Shown here piece after piece: positions 11,701-20,477 of a stretch of DNA of 64,000 nt; positions within the stretch are counted from its first letter, which is position 1, and each line of letters starts with the position of its first letter. Origin of the DNA: an uncultured Lentimicrobiaceae bacterium (GTDB lineage: Bacteria; Bacteroidota; Bacteroidia; Bacteroidales; SKPS01). The notes below the pieces were generated by a model. That model saw only the letters and a program-made list of their open reading frames with translations, was not told where the DNA came from and made no database searches. The position numbers and the translations under genes are program-made. The stretch lies in contig CAYXYB010000013.1 in NCBI GenBank assembly GCA_964469215.1, forward strand, positions 17,305 to 81,304, given 5' to 3'.

Positions 11701-14700
11701 TGATTTCTCTATTACAATTCCGGCAGCAGTTGATGCAGCCGTAAGCGGATTCTTTGCACCTCAGCAGAATAAACCACAAGGGCAGAACATCCCTGTAGTT
11801 GTTAAGGTTAAGAACATGGGATCAGCCCCATTAACGGGATTTGCAGTTTCTTACAGCCTTAATGCCGGGCCTGTTCAGACGTCAAACTGGAGTGGCACCC
11901 TTTCACCGGGAAACGTTGCATATGTTTCCCTGCCAGGGATAATAATTCCGGCAGGATATTATAATATCTGTGCCTGGGTTAACGCCACCGGAGATATGAA
12001 CACTTCAAACGACACTCTATGCAATACATTCTATGGAAAACCCAAATTCGATGTTGCAGCAGTTCAGATTGTAAGCCCTGTAAACAATCAGGTTCAGGGT
12101 ATGTCAGTACCTGTTAAGGTTCTTATCCGCAATTATGGTGTAGATACCCTTACATCGATTCCTGTAGGTTATCGTATCAATGGAGGTAATATTGTAACAA
12201 CAACATATGCAGGTGTTTTATATCCCAATGCAATCGATACGGCATTCTTTCCGGCAGTTTCCTTACAACCCGGTCAGCAGTTCTATTGTGCCTTCACTCA
12301 ATTATCCAACGACTTTAATCCGGGTAATGATACTGTATGTAAGATGATGTATGCCAAGCCATTGCTTGATGTTTCCCCGGTAGCTCTACATGCACCCACC
12401 GGTAATGCCTGCAACACTGCAGCGATGCAGGTAGCAATACGGGTTCGCAATAATGGAGACGACACGATAAACTTCAGTCTTAATCCATGCACAGTAACGG
12501 TTGTATCCACAGGTACAAATCCTACCAATTTTAATCCTGCAGTAGTTAACAGTGGAACACTCCCGCCGAATTTTGAAGCCAATGTTGTGGTTATTAATAA
12601 TTACAACATGAACCAGGCAGGTGTTTATACTTTCAGTGCAACTACAAGCATGCCCGGTGACGGTGACGCTACCAACAACGGTTTCGGGCCGGTGAGCATA
12701 GGTGGGGTAACCATAATAAATTCATTCCCCAGATATGAAAACTTCGAGACTGGTTATAATTCCATTTTAAGGATGGAGCCGGCACAAAATGCAGGACTAT
12801 CTGTTACAAATGCTGCCGGTAATGGAAGCCAGTATGGCTTGCATTTCCAGGGTGGCAATCCGTTGGGATGGATTGGTGATGCATCCGGGACAAATGCTAC
12901 AACCTATCAGCAGGCATGGACAACCAATGCAGCACATCATGCCAATGCCGTGAGCTGTAATATTAATGCTTCCGGTTTGACAAGCCTCAAGCTCCGGTTT
13001 GACCTGAGACAAACATACTCTACCGGTGCTGCTTTCAGTTGGTTCAGGGTTAAAGTAAACAACCAGGTAATAGCAAACCAGAATGGTGACACCTTGTTTA
13101 ACCCGACAACCCCCGATAGTGATCCCTGGGTTACCCAAGTGTTTGACCTTACACCTTATGTTGGAACAACTTTCATGTTAACTCTTCAATCCTCGAACAA
13201 GAACCCTTACCAGTATGCAGGGACTGCTGGTGACAACGCATTAGTAGATAATATAATGCTGTTTGTTCCTTCTCCGAATGATGCGGGTGTTTCAGCAATT
13301 ATCCAACCTACATCAACCAGTGCAGCGGCAGGCACCCAGGTGCCGGTGGAGGTTAAGATTGAGAACTTTGGCAGTTCACCAATCACCTCCTGCCAGGTAG
13401 GATTTCAATTTGGTAATCAATCACCTGTATTCGAAACGTGGAGTGGAAATATACCACCCGGAAGTTCCACACAGCACATTTTCACAACACAGGGAACAGT
13501 GTTGCCGGGAATTTTTATGATAAAAGCGTTCACAAACCTTTCCGGTGATACTTATAACCTGAACGACACTTCCGGCATTGAATTCCTTGGCGTACCATTA
13601 TTACCTGTACCATATTCTGATGATATGGAAGGGGTGAATTACTGGGTTGGTGAAGGCCCGCATAAATTATGGGAGAAAGGTACACCCTCAGGTATTACAA
13701 TAAATTACGCTTATAGTGGAACAAATGCCTGGGTGACAAATCCTTCTGGATTCTACACCAACAACGCTGATGAGTACCTAATGTCTCCATATTTTGATTT
13801 TTCTAACACTTCAGGTGCTACACTCAGGTTCTATCACTGGCTTGATATGCAGCCCGATTTCGACGGTGCACAGGTTCAGTACAGCCTGAACAGCGGACAG
13901 ACATGGATCAATATCGGGTATATTATGGATCCAAACGGCCTGAACTGGTACTCACATAATATTAATGGTGTAAACTGTTTCAGCGGTATAAGTGGTGGAT
14001 ACGCTTTAAGTACATATAACCTGTCTTTCCTTGATAATAATCCCAATCCTGTCAGGTTCCGCTTCAGGTTCTTTTCAAACAGCAGTGTGAACAGCTATGA
14101 TGGATGGGCTATTGACAATTTTTCCATAACAGTTCCTGCTGTTCCTGTTGATGCAGGTGTAATCGCTATAAATTCTCCGGTGAACACCACAGAAAAAGGT
14201 GGTACCATACCAGTCGAAGTCAGGATTAAGAACCTTGGAACAGACCCCCTTACGAACATTCCTGTGTCATATAAAGTTGGCAATTTACCATCTGTATCCT
14301 CAACATGGACAGGAACACTTGCCCCGGGAGCTGAAGTTAACCATAGTTTTACCCAGACATATACAGGGCCTGTTTCACCTTATACCCTCTATGCTTTCAC
14401 TTCAGTGGCAGGGGATCCATACAAGTTCAACGATACTGCAAAAGCTAACATGATACCTTCTGCCGGTGCAAAAGATGTGACTGTAAAGAGGATAATATAT
14501 CCCAAGGATTCATGGCCGTTAATGTGTGACTCAGCCAAAGTGGTAGTGGTAAATGCAGGTTACCAGGTTATCAACAGCTTAACGTTGAAGTACCTGATAA
14601 ACAATAATGAACTTGCAAGTAAAACCTGGAGCGGTACACTGCAACAGGGAGATTCAATGATATATACGTTTGATGAGAAATATACTGTTCCGTTAGGCAC

Positions 14701-15070
14701 CTTCACAGCCTGCATCACAGCACAACTCACAAATGATGTTGACACATTCAACAACAAACTTTGTAAGAGCTATTCAAGTTGTTATATTGATATAGATGAG
14801 CCGGAAGGAGCATCACTGGTACTATACCAAAACATTCCAAATCCTTCAAATGGCAATACCATTGTAGAATTCAGGACAGACAGCCCGGGAAAAGCCCGTT
14901 TCTTCGCAGTTGATCTGCTTGGAAGAGCTGTTATTGTCCGGGAGACAGATGTTGCATCAGGCGACCATACCATTGAACTCCATCATGGTGAACTTTCACC
15001 CGGATTCTATCTGTATGGTATTGAATTTAAGGGCAAGAGGCTTGTGAAAAAGATGGTGGTTCAAGAGTAG
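5777..15070 (+). CDS. giant (3097 aa) T9SS-sorted modular surface protein
   Basis: Signal peptide MKRVYTFSVILLVFSLLSNGQ. There are about five MAM/choice-of-anchor-J-like beta-sandwich modules, each ending in a W.IDD/IDN motif. About ten CARDB-like Ig modules open with hD(A/V)G(V/I)..I..P (nt approx 7274, 8938, 9767, 10865, 11732, 12050, 12368, 13280, 14150, 14470). A parallel beta-helix-like stretch spans approx 7600-8800. The C-terminal T9SS type-A sorting domain is at approx 14815-15067 (YQNIPNPSNGNTIVEF...GFYLYGIEFKGKRLVKKMVVQE). Confidence 0.9.
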   Translation: MKRVYTFSVILLVFSLLSNGQTIVYQEGFEGTPSVASAGTQLWGLNTTLYNSGTKSYSAHIVNPGDSSLLSTTSFSTTGNLYVLLEFSHICKIEFFDEGTIWVSNNNGTSWTQLTETQYLGSGGFSAASGNKFTSTAYTTWIPGNPTPPNNTWWKNEVFNISNLVGNSSQVMIKFVLKDMNNGTLYDNWGWVIDDIKVTANIDEMIPPAITLTPPLLPDTVYHTGPFQVFAEITDFSGIDTAVVVYTVNSGTPDTIGMAIQSGNIYTADIPSNTYNSLICYHVLAWDGSTFSNMGRYPQTGCISFKVKQPPQLVTIGTGTSNSTSPGPIIITSASSTYLYSNHISIFTPAELNAAGIIESMAWNKANTSGYNLGNATLRIYLKHTTITSIPSTVGTFTSELSGATLVYQSTTQNLLLSTGWQTFMFNMPNSFNYNGNNNLMVLVEWYRPGNATGGLNWYYTTATGMGQSWSSSTNPPNYVYGTNMRPNIQIGFQVTNYQYDVGISQIIEPTGTAIAGTNPVRIFLKNHGTDTITKATINYTYNGQSRPPYIWTGTILPYLSSNAITLGNELMSPGSYSVKAWASMPNDSADQNPNNDTAVSSGFVCLNVLNGTYTVGNSPTADFPTITDAITAVTQCGMSGPVVFSLLPGIHQTQMTFQNIPGTSAINTITFRSSTMNPNDVVIKYNATGTADNFVLKLDGARYLNFEYLTFQAENTTYGNVIYIANSSFNNKFTGNKIIGPMVSVNSTNICLVYSPSGTANNDSNHVFRLNRFYYGSYGFLFYGASSTVTVKGIVIDSNQFINQYYRGIDLRYHEAPVITSNYIYSQTEAIHGTANTYYYGMYLNYCQNEMRVEKNTINAPFGTYGIYVATCTSTPGREALFANNMISEIGGFTFVYGFYLSNANYHYYYHNSVNITSPTSNAGHAFYLASGSSIQLLNNIFANTGGAFCVYISAPAAVSRSNYNNLFSVATTNWGYWNGTISNLNMWKSASGVDTNSVSINPGFTSPSNLHVSSIPMNNLGTPAALVPVDFDWDVRSLTTPDIGADEYTPPAKDLLFTNVLWPRSSCALGSQEEVRLLVRNNGTDPVTSFTATYKINNLPAVTETFNKNIPPLTTDTLKFLSKANMSAYGLYNIQFYTSLPNDENLLNDTINDYLIFNSHNFYDYDYFTSFEIDDPVRGPYSYIDGNNDNSYWHFFGNATTAKTGMIYMGYECNQSNAGNDWFFTRCFTFEANRTYELSFWYRTSDATYSQSVDVKLGNATTIASMTTNLISLPGFSNAAYQQAVTTFSVPVTGVYYLGFYASSPPVATTVQVMACIDDMTIKLLPPFDAGVIAITEPHQGCGLTYEPVTVKIKNFGTSNIVSGLTASYRVDNHPVVTEVVTGILLTGDTINYTFNTPVNLTSVNDTAFVITTWTNLPGDTLLSSNANDTATRIVKSFSLPDPPVVYGDTIASGNTAMLTATSSNTVYWYDDIVGAQSLAYGNTYITPPLFANKTYYAEVGSETPASVVSGTGTSTQYNLPFYGYYEYGWSAFTINPGSMGYIDSIGFEVGTTTTNYQMPTQRIYMALVHDSVFSTSTKPDPAMMTLVFNGTINYSGPGFQMIRLATSFFYDPDYVLLVYYENQKGSTSTGYPSFRYTTTTQYQAMYRTQNSSFPNLDGYVTYNRPNLRFFIRQGTGCRSTRVPAYVVVNLPPIDAGVSTILSPMQFAQTGSSKPVVVEVKNYGQNQLTTIPVSYQLNNLPVVSQNWAGTLTTGQTDTISFPVITIPAGFSTLKAWTALTGDGVILNDSAMINILGTTLVPLSFWDNFDAVTQFTANTTPYTNWQVGPPSYGTLNNAYSSPNSWCTNLQGAYYINAEAILTSPLFDFSNAVNANLGFWMSYNSELGYDGMFVEFSLDNGLNWSLLGVVNDTNGVNWYNTANLVSSAGPAWSGNSQGWQYTSFNLNQFTGMAGIRFRFKFMSNGSGNYEGFCIDDFSITIPAAVDAAVSGFFAPQQNKPQGQNIPVVVKVKNMGSAPLTGFAVSYSLNAGPVQTSNWSGTLSPGNVAYVSLPGIIIPAGYYNICAWVNATGDMNTSNDTLCNTFYGKPKFDVAAVQIVSPVNNQVQGMSVPVKVLIRNYGVDTLTSIPVGYRINGGNIVTTTYAGVLYPNAIDTAFFPAVSLQPGQQFYCAFTQLSNDFNPGNDTVCKMMYAKPLLDVSPVALHAPTGNACNTAAMQVAIRVRNNGDDTINFSLNPCTVTVVSTGTNPTNFNPAVVNSGTLPPNFEANVVVINNYNMNQAGVYTFSATTSMPGDGDATNNGFGPVSIGGVTIINSFPRYENFETGYNSILRMEPAQNAGLSVTNAAGNGSQYGLHFQGGNPLGWIGDASGTNATTYQQAWTTNAAHHANAVSCNINASGLTSLKLRFDLRQTYSTGAAFSWFRVKVNNQVIANQNGDTLFNPTTPDSDPWVTQVFDLTPYVGTTFMLTLQSSNKNPYQYAGTAGDNALVDNIMLFVPSPNDAGVSAIIQPTSTSAAAGTQVPVEVKIENFGSSPITSCQVGFQFGNQSPVFETWSGNIPPGSSTQHIFTTQGTVLPGIFMIKAFTNLSGDTYNLNDTSGIEFLGVPLLPVPYSDDMEGVNYWVGEGPHKLWEKGTPSGITINYAYSGTNAWVTNPSGFYTNNADEYLMSPYFDFSNTSGATLRFYHWLDMQPDFDGAQVQYSLNSGQTWINIGYIMDPNGLNWYSHNINGVNCFSGISGGYALSTYNLSFLDNNPNPVRFRFRFFSNSSVNSYDGWAIDNFSITVPAVPVDAGVIAINSPVNTTEKGGTIPVEVRIKNLGTDPLTNIPVSYKVGNLPSVSSTWTGTLAPGAEVNHSFTQTYTGPVSPYTLYAFTSVAGDPYKFNDTAKANMIPSAGAKDVTVKRIIYPKDSWPLMCDSAKVVVVNAGYQVINSLTLKYLINNNELASKTWSGTLQQGDSMIYTFDEKYTVPLGTFTACITAQLTNDVDTFNNKLCKSYSSCYIDIDEPEGASLVLYQNIPNPSNGNTIVEFRTDSPGKARFFAVDLLGRAVIVRETDVASGDHTIELHHGELSPGFYLYGIEFKGKRLVKKMVVQE

Positions 15071-15071
15071 A

Positions 15072-16853
15072 TTACTGGTAGCTGCTGTCATCGTAAAGCT
15101 CCCCGATAGCCTTTTGATAACGCTCAGCAAGTAAATTGCGCCTTAATTTAAGGGTTGGTGAAAGTTCACCTGTTGCCGGGTCCCAGGTTTCGGTTACAAA
15201 CAGGAATCGTTTGATCTTCTCAAACTGCCCCAGGTATTTATTGTATTTCTCAGTTTCGTTGAATAGAAGTTGCCTGACCTCACTCCTTCCAAGAATTTCC
15301 AGAGGAATAGATACATCTATATGATTGTTTTTACACCAGGTATGCAAATTCCGAAAGTCCGGAGAAATCACTGCTGCTGGAAAGTTCCTCCCCTCTCCAA
15401 CAACCATAATCTGATCAAAAAATGTTGATTGGCCAAACAATGCCTCAATCTGTTGGGGTGAGATATACTTCCCACCTGATGTTTTTATCAGCTCTTTTTT
15501 CCGGTCGATTATTCTTATGAATCTGTCATCAACCCACTCACCAATATCACCTGTATGTAACCACCCCTCATCATCAATCACCTCATCAGTAAGTTCCTGG
15601 TTATTCCAGTATCCTTTCATCACATTAGGCCCTTTACAAAGAATCTCACCCTCTTGATCGATTTTCACGTCAACTTCATCGAGCAACGGGCCAACTGTCC
15701 CCAACCGGAACAAACCCTTATTAATCCTGTTCACTGCAATTACAGGAGCTGTTTCGGTGAGGCCATAACCTTCAATAACTTTAATGCCTGCGGCCCAGAA
15801 ACTCTGAGTAAGTTGTGGATGAAGAGCAGCACTTCCCGATACGATAATTTCAAGCCTTCCTCCCATAGCTCTGCGAAATTTTTTAAATACGAGAGACCTA
15901 AGCAGTCTGAGTTGGATGAGATACCATAAACTGTTATTACCCTGCAGATCGTATTTGCCGGCAAACTGCACAGCATATCTGAAAAGAAGCCTGAGATAAA
16001 TAGGTTGCCTGTAACCTGCATCCAGAAACCTGTCCCAGGCTTTTTCAATAAACCTGGGAACAGCACAGAACACATGAGGCCTGATCTCCCTGATTAACTC
16101 TGATGCACGTAAGGCCGGAGCTACATAACAAATTGTCATACCCAGGTACTGATACATATAGTTTAACGTTCTCTCATAAATATGGCATAAAGGGAGAAAG
16201 CTCATTGCTGTTTGCGCCGGACCATAACCTGATATGGGTGAAATCGCCAGGAAATTTGAAACTATGTTGCGGTGTGTCAGCATAACACCCTTGGGTTTTC
16301 CGGTTGTTCCGGATGTGTATAGTATGGTGGCTACACTGTCCGGGTCAATGTTGTCAGTATCCTGTTCAATATCATTATAATATAGCTTTAATCCTGTATC
16401 AAGCAATTCGTTGTAATGTTTAATGCCATTAGTTGCATGCATACAATAAACAGTTACATCAAATTCAAGGTTGCCGGTAAACTCCTGAATCGCTGAAGCA
16501 AGAACAGGGTCTTCAACAATAATAATCCGGGGCATTGAATCCTGAATTATATGCTTAAAACTGTTTCTGCTAAGTGTTGGGTATACAGGAATATGAATAA
16601 TACCAGCCTTCATCAAACCCATATCGATATAATTCCAGTCGGGACGGTTACTGATGATTGTCATTGCTCTGTCGCCCTGTTTATAGCCAAGAGTTTTAAA
16701 AACATGGCACAGGGCAGTTGAAGTTCTGATATAATCAGGAAGTGAAACCGGGATCCAGGAGCTTTCAACCTGCCATGAGAAAAGACGTGCTTTATTCCTG
16801 CATGTTCTTTGCAGATGCGGAAGCAGATCGAAGATCCTTTTTACTTCAACCAT
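15072..16853 (-). CDS. long-chain acyl-CoA synthetase (AMP-forming), paralog 1
   Basis: 593 aa with AMP-binding motifs YTSGTTGKPKGVMLTH, GYGLTET and a TGDIG region. Its stop codon is 1 nt from the stop of the convergent giant gene. Confidence 0.85.
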   Translation of the reverse strand: MVEVKRIFDLLPHLQRTCRNKARLFSWQVESSWIPVSLPDYIRTSTALCHVFKTLGYKQGDRAMTIISNRPDWNYIDMGLMKAGIIHIPVYPTLSRNSFKHIIQDSMPRIIIVEDPVLASAIQEFTGNLEFDVTVYCMHATNGIKHYNELLDTGLKLYYNDIEQDTDNIDPDSVATILYTSGTTGKPKGVMLTHRNIVSNFLAISPISGYGPAQTAMSFLPLCHIYERTLNYMYQYLGMTICYVAPALRASELIREIRPHVFCAVPRFIEKAWDRFLDAGYRQPIYLRLLFRYAVQFAGKYDLQGNNSLWYLIQLRLLRSLVFKKFRRAMGGRLEIIVSGSAALHPQLTQSFWAAGIKVIEGYGLTETAPVIAVNRINKGLFRLGTVGPLLDEVDVKIDQEGEILCKGPNVMKGYWNNQELTDEVIDDEGWLHTGDIGEWVDDRFIRIIDRKKELIKTSGGKYISPQQIEALFGQSTFFDQIMVVGEGRNFPAAVISPDFRNLHTWCKNNHIDVSIPLEILGRSEVRQLLFNETEKYNKYLGQFEKIKRFLFVTETWDPATGELSPTLKLRRNLLAERYQKAIGELYDDSSYQ

Positions 16854-16860
16854 TTATCAA

Positions 16861-18633
16861 CTATTCGAACATAGCCTTAATCAATGCCTCATACTTCTTA
16901 CTAATCACATCCCTTTTAATACTCATTTTAGGGGTAAGTTCACCTGTTGGTTGCGACCATTCATCTCCAATGAGTTCAATTTTCTTAACCTGTTCGGTAT
17001 TTCCCAGAGATTTATTGGCAGTATTTACCTCCCTCATTATGCGTTGACGTATTTCAGGAAGTTTAACCATTTCCTGGTTAGTTGTATAAGGCATCTCTTT
17101 TATCAGACACCACGACCTGAGGTAAGAAAAATCAGGAACTATCAATGCACCAGCAAACTTCTGGTTTTCACCAACAACAACTGCATTATCAATAAAGGGT
17201 GACTCTTTCAGTTTATCCTCAATCGGACCGGGAGCAATATATTTGCCAAATGATGTCTTAAACAGTTCCTTTTTCCTACCGGTTATTTGCAAAAAACGGT
17301 TGTTGATCATCACACCCATATCGCCGGTATGCAGGTAACCCTCTTCATCAAAGATTTCTTTTGTAAGTTCTGGTTCCTTATAATAACCCATCATAACACT
17401 TGGGCCTTTACAAATTATCTCATGGTCACTGGCAATCCTGACCTCAACATTCTTAAGAGGCAAACCAACGGTTCCGATCATACATCCGTCGGGATCAAAG
17501 GTGTTTACGGCAATTACAGGAGATGTTTCCGTAAGGCCATAACCTTCCAGCACCTGAATATTGGCTGCCCAGAAAGCTCTGGCAAGCCTTGGTTGCAAAG
17601 CAGCTCCCCCCGAAATCATTAACATCAAACGGCCACCCATCGCATCCCTCCATTTCGAAAAAATCAGTCTGTCAGCAATTCTGTGCTGTATTTTGTACAA
17701 AAAAGTATTCTGGTTATAGAGTTCATACCTTAACCCAAGATTTACTGCCCAGAAAAACAGCTGCTTTTTTATTCCTTTCAGAGCCCTGCCCTTTGCGATG
17801 ATCTTGTCGTACACTTTTTCAATTAACCTAGGAACAGTAGATACAATATGAGGTCTTACCTCCTTAATGTTATCTGCAATAGTTGCAATACTCTCTGCAT
17901 AATAAACAGATATTCCAACATATTGAAACAGGTAATTGATCATTCTCTCATACACGTGACATAAAGGCAGATAGGAAACTGCATCGCCCTTTTCCCGAAT
18001 CGGAAGAATAGGCTCGCAAGCTTTGAAATTGGCAATGATATTGTAATGCGAAAGCATTACCCCCTTGGGAACACCTGTTGTGCCTGAAGTATAGATCAAT
18101 GTGGCCATGTCATCACCGTTAACGGCAGCAGCTCTGTTTTTCAATTCATCAGCTTGGGGATTGGCTTTCCCTAATTCTATCAATTCACCCAAATGTCTGA
18201 GCCCTTTCCAATCCTTTATGGTGAAAATTTTGCGCAGAGTTGGTATATCCTTTTCTATACCTTCAATTTTATGATACAACTCTTTACCCGCAAGAAAAAC
18301 ATAGATAACCTCTGCATGGTTTAGAATGTAGCGGTAATCATCCTGACTTATGGTTGGGTAGATTGGGACATGAATAGCGCCTATCTGCATTATTGCCATG
18401 TCGAGAAAATTCCATTCCGGCCTGTTGTTTAGTATTGTCGCTATCTTATCGCCCGGTTTAACACCAAGTTGAATGAGTCCATAGCTTATATTCTGTACAT
18501 TTTCAAAATATTCTTCTGAAGAGTACTTCTTCCATTGTCCATCATCTTTACCTGCAAGAACTGCTTCCTTGCCAGAGTATTTCGCTTTCGATCTTGCAAC
18601 AATATCGAAAAGGCGTGTTACCGGATATTCCAT
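16861..18633 (-). CDS. long-chain acyl-CoA synthetase (AMP-forming), paralog 2
   Basis: AMP-binding motifs YTSGTTGVPKGVMLSH, GYGLTET and TGDMG. Start set at the ATG at 18633 (MEYPVTRLFD), colinear with paralog 1. It lies 7 nt upstream of paralog 1. Confidence 0.85.
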   Translation of the reverse strand: MEYPVTRLFDIVARSKAKYSGKEAVLAGKDDGQWKKYSSEEYFENVQNISYGLIQLGVKPGDKIATILNNRPEWNFLDMAIMQIGAIHVPIYPTISQDDYRYILNHAEVIYVFLAGKELYHKIEGIEKDIPTLRKIFTIKDWKGLRHLGELIELGKANPQADELKNRAAAVNGDDMATLIYTSGTTGVPKGVMLSHYNIIANFKACEPILPIREKGDAVSYLPLCHVYERMINYLFQYVGISVYYAESIATIADNIKEVRPHIVSTVPRLIEKVYDKIIAKGRALKGIKKQLFFWAVNLGLRYELYNQNTFLYKIQHRIADRLIFSKWRDAMGGRLMLMISGGAALQPRLARAFWAANIQVLEGYGLTETSPVIAVNTFDPDGCMIGTVGLPLKNVEVRIASDHEIICKGPSVMMGYYKEPELTKEIFDEEGYLHTGDMGVMINNRFLQITGRKKELFKTSFGKYIAPGPIEDKLKESPFIDNAVVVGENQKFAGALIVPDFSYLRSWCLIKEMPYTTNQEMVKLPEIRQRIMREVNTANKSLGNTEQVKKIELIGDEWSQPTGELTPKMSIKRDVISKKYEALIKAMFE

Positions 18634-18760
18634 AATGAGTTTTTGGTTATAATTTTTATCAGCATAAAAATACAACAGATTAAGTAAAAACCAACTAATT
18701 ACTAAAATATTTGAATATGATTGGCTCCTGGTATCTCAATCAAGAAATTCCGGAAAAGAG

Positions 18761-20242
18761 TCAATGAATAAATACAGATAAGTCATGGTCTTTAGCTTTT
18801 TCAGGATCTCTACTTCCAAACAGGCTGAATAGAGGATTCAACAACAGTGAGGCACCCATTCCTATCGTACCCGCTTCGGGTGATGGCATACCAAAAAAAT
18901 AGAGGCCCAGACAAATACCCAGTCCACCAATTCCTGATATATATGCACCAGTTTTATTAACCTTTCTACTAAGTAAACCCCAGACAAAAGGCCCCAGGAA
19001 GAATGATCCTATTGCACCCCACGATATTCCAAGTATCTCAACAATAACATCAAATTCAAATGCTGCAAAAATAACTGCCAGCAGAACAAAGAAGGCACTC
19101 GTCACACGCATCATCATGGTAACATTTTTGTCAGACATTTTGTGATTTACAAATCCGACCCAGAAATCTTTAGTAAAAGAGGAACTTGATATCAGAACAA
19201 GAGAAGCAAGAGTTGACATAGATGCGGACAGGATCAGCAGGAGAATAATTACAGAGAGGGATGCCGGCATCACATTGGTGAGCAGTTCCGGCATCAGTTT
19301 ATCAAAATCGGGAATTAACCTACCGTCCATCTCTTTAAAGATTGCGGGTGCTGAATCCGGACTAATGAAATATCTTGTTGTTGAGCCCATAAAATAGGCG
19401 ATTCCACCAATAATTACAGCAAAAAATGTTGAAGCAATTGCACCAATCCTTACAGCTCGCTTATCACGGATAGCATAGAACTTTGCTACCAGTTGAGGCA
19501 TTGCAAAAGGGGCTATACTTGTAAGAAAAACAAGAGCAAAGAGTGGCCACCATCCAGGAGGGCCAATCCATGATACAAGTTTCGGTTCCATAATCCTCAG
19601 GGAATCGGTCATATTAACAAAACCATCTCCTTTATCAAGGGTAAAATATAGCAGCAGGAGTACACTAACCGTCATTATCAGTCCGAAAATCATATCTATC
19701 ATAGCCATCGATTTGTAACCCCCAAGAACAATATATGAGGCGGTAAAAACGCCCATAGCAACCAGAACCCACACGTAAGGTACTCCAAGTGATATTTCGA
19801 AGAGGTATGAGAGGCCCATGAATACTGCTGCTGAATAGGGAATAAGAAAAATAAAGATCACAATTGCCGAGATCAGCTTGAATATTGATGACTTATATCT
19901 CTTTTCAAGGAATTCGCTCATGGTTGTAACGTTGTACCTGATTGAAGCCTGCTTTATCTTCCATCCAAGTAATAGCCAGACTGCAAAAACGCCCAAGGCA
20001 GCATTGAACACAGCAATCCACAATCCTGAGAATCCAAACCCCCACCCTATTTTCCCGGCAAAACCAATAAAAAGAACAGCAGAAAAGTAGGCTGTTCCAT
20101 AAGAAAAGGCAGACATCCAAGGTCCTACATTTCCTCCTCCAAGCAGAAAATCTTTAGACGACTTGGTGCGAAGAAGTCCAATTATCCCCACAGTAACAAC
20201 CATAAGGGCATACAGTGCAATAACTACAATTTTTGTTATCAT
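18761..20242 (-). CDS. sodium:solute symporter (SSS) family transporter
   Basis: 493 aa with about 13 predicted TM segments. N-terminal pattern ...SKDFLLGGGNVGPWMSAFSYGTAYFSAVLFIG is typical of SSS permeases. Confidence 0.8.
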   Translation of the reverse strand: MITKIVVIALYALMVVTVGIIGLLRTKSSKDFLLGGGNVGPWMSAFSYGTAYFSAVLFIGFAGKIGWGFGFSGLWIAVFNAALGVFAVWLLLGWKIKQASIRYNVTTMSEFLEKRYKSSIFKLISAIVIFIFLIPYSAAVFMGLSYLFEISLGVPYVWVLVAMGVFTASYIVLGGYKSMAMIDMIFGLIMTVSVLLLLYFTLDKGDGFVNMTDSLRIMEPKLVSWIGPPGWWPLFALVFLTSIAPFAMPQLVAKFYAIRDKRAVRIGAIASTFFAVIIGGIAYFMGSTTRYFISPDSAPAIFKEMDGRLIPDFDKLMPELLTNVMPASLSVIILLLILSASMSTLASLVLISSSSFTKDFWVGFVNHKMSDKNVTMMMRVTSAFFVLLAVIFAAFEFDVIVEILGISWGAIGSFFLGPFVWGLLSRKVNKTGAYISGIGGLGICLGLYFFGMPSPEAGTIGMGASLLLNPLFSLFGSRDPEKAKDHDLSVFIH

Positions 20243-20307
20243 GGCCTTAGTTTTAGTATGCGAATGTACAAAAGATTATTTTTAATCGGGGTATCGGGGG
20301 GAAATTT

Positions 20308-20345
20308 GGCTGTTGGCTTTTGGCTTTTGGCTGTTGGCTTTTTTA
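20308..20345. repeat. tandem heptamer array GGCTKTT x4-5 ending in a T-run, preceded by AATCGGGG/TATCGGGG words and a G6 tract
   Basis: Read directly: aatcgggg tatcgggggg aaattt ggctgtt ggctttt ggctttt ggctgtt ggctttttt. It uses the same vocabulary as 185-400. Confidence 0.9.
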
Positions 20346-20465
20346 ACTTATAACCCACAACTCTAAACTCCTAAATAATAAGCTTTTAAACAATATAGTA
20401 CTTTCTATTGCAAATTATTTTCATTTTTTTAGTTCTATGTATTGCATAGTATTAAAATAATGTTG

Positions 20466-20473
20466 TATCTTTG
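20466..20473 (+). promoter_or_regulatory. candidate -7 box TATCTTTG, 4 nt upstream of the padR ATG
   Basis: Exact TAnnTTTG match. The spacing puts the predicted transcription start on or next to the A of the ATG at 20478. Confidence 0.4.
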
Positions 20474-20477
20474 CCGC

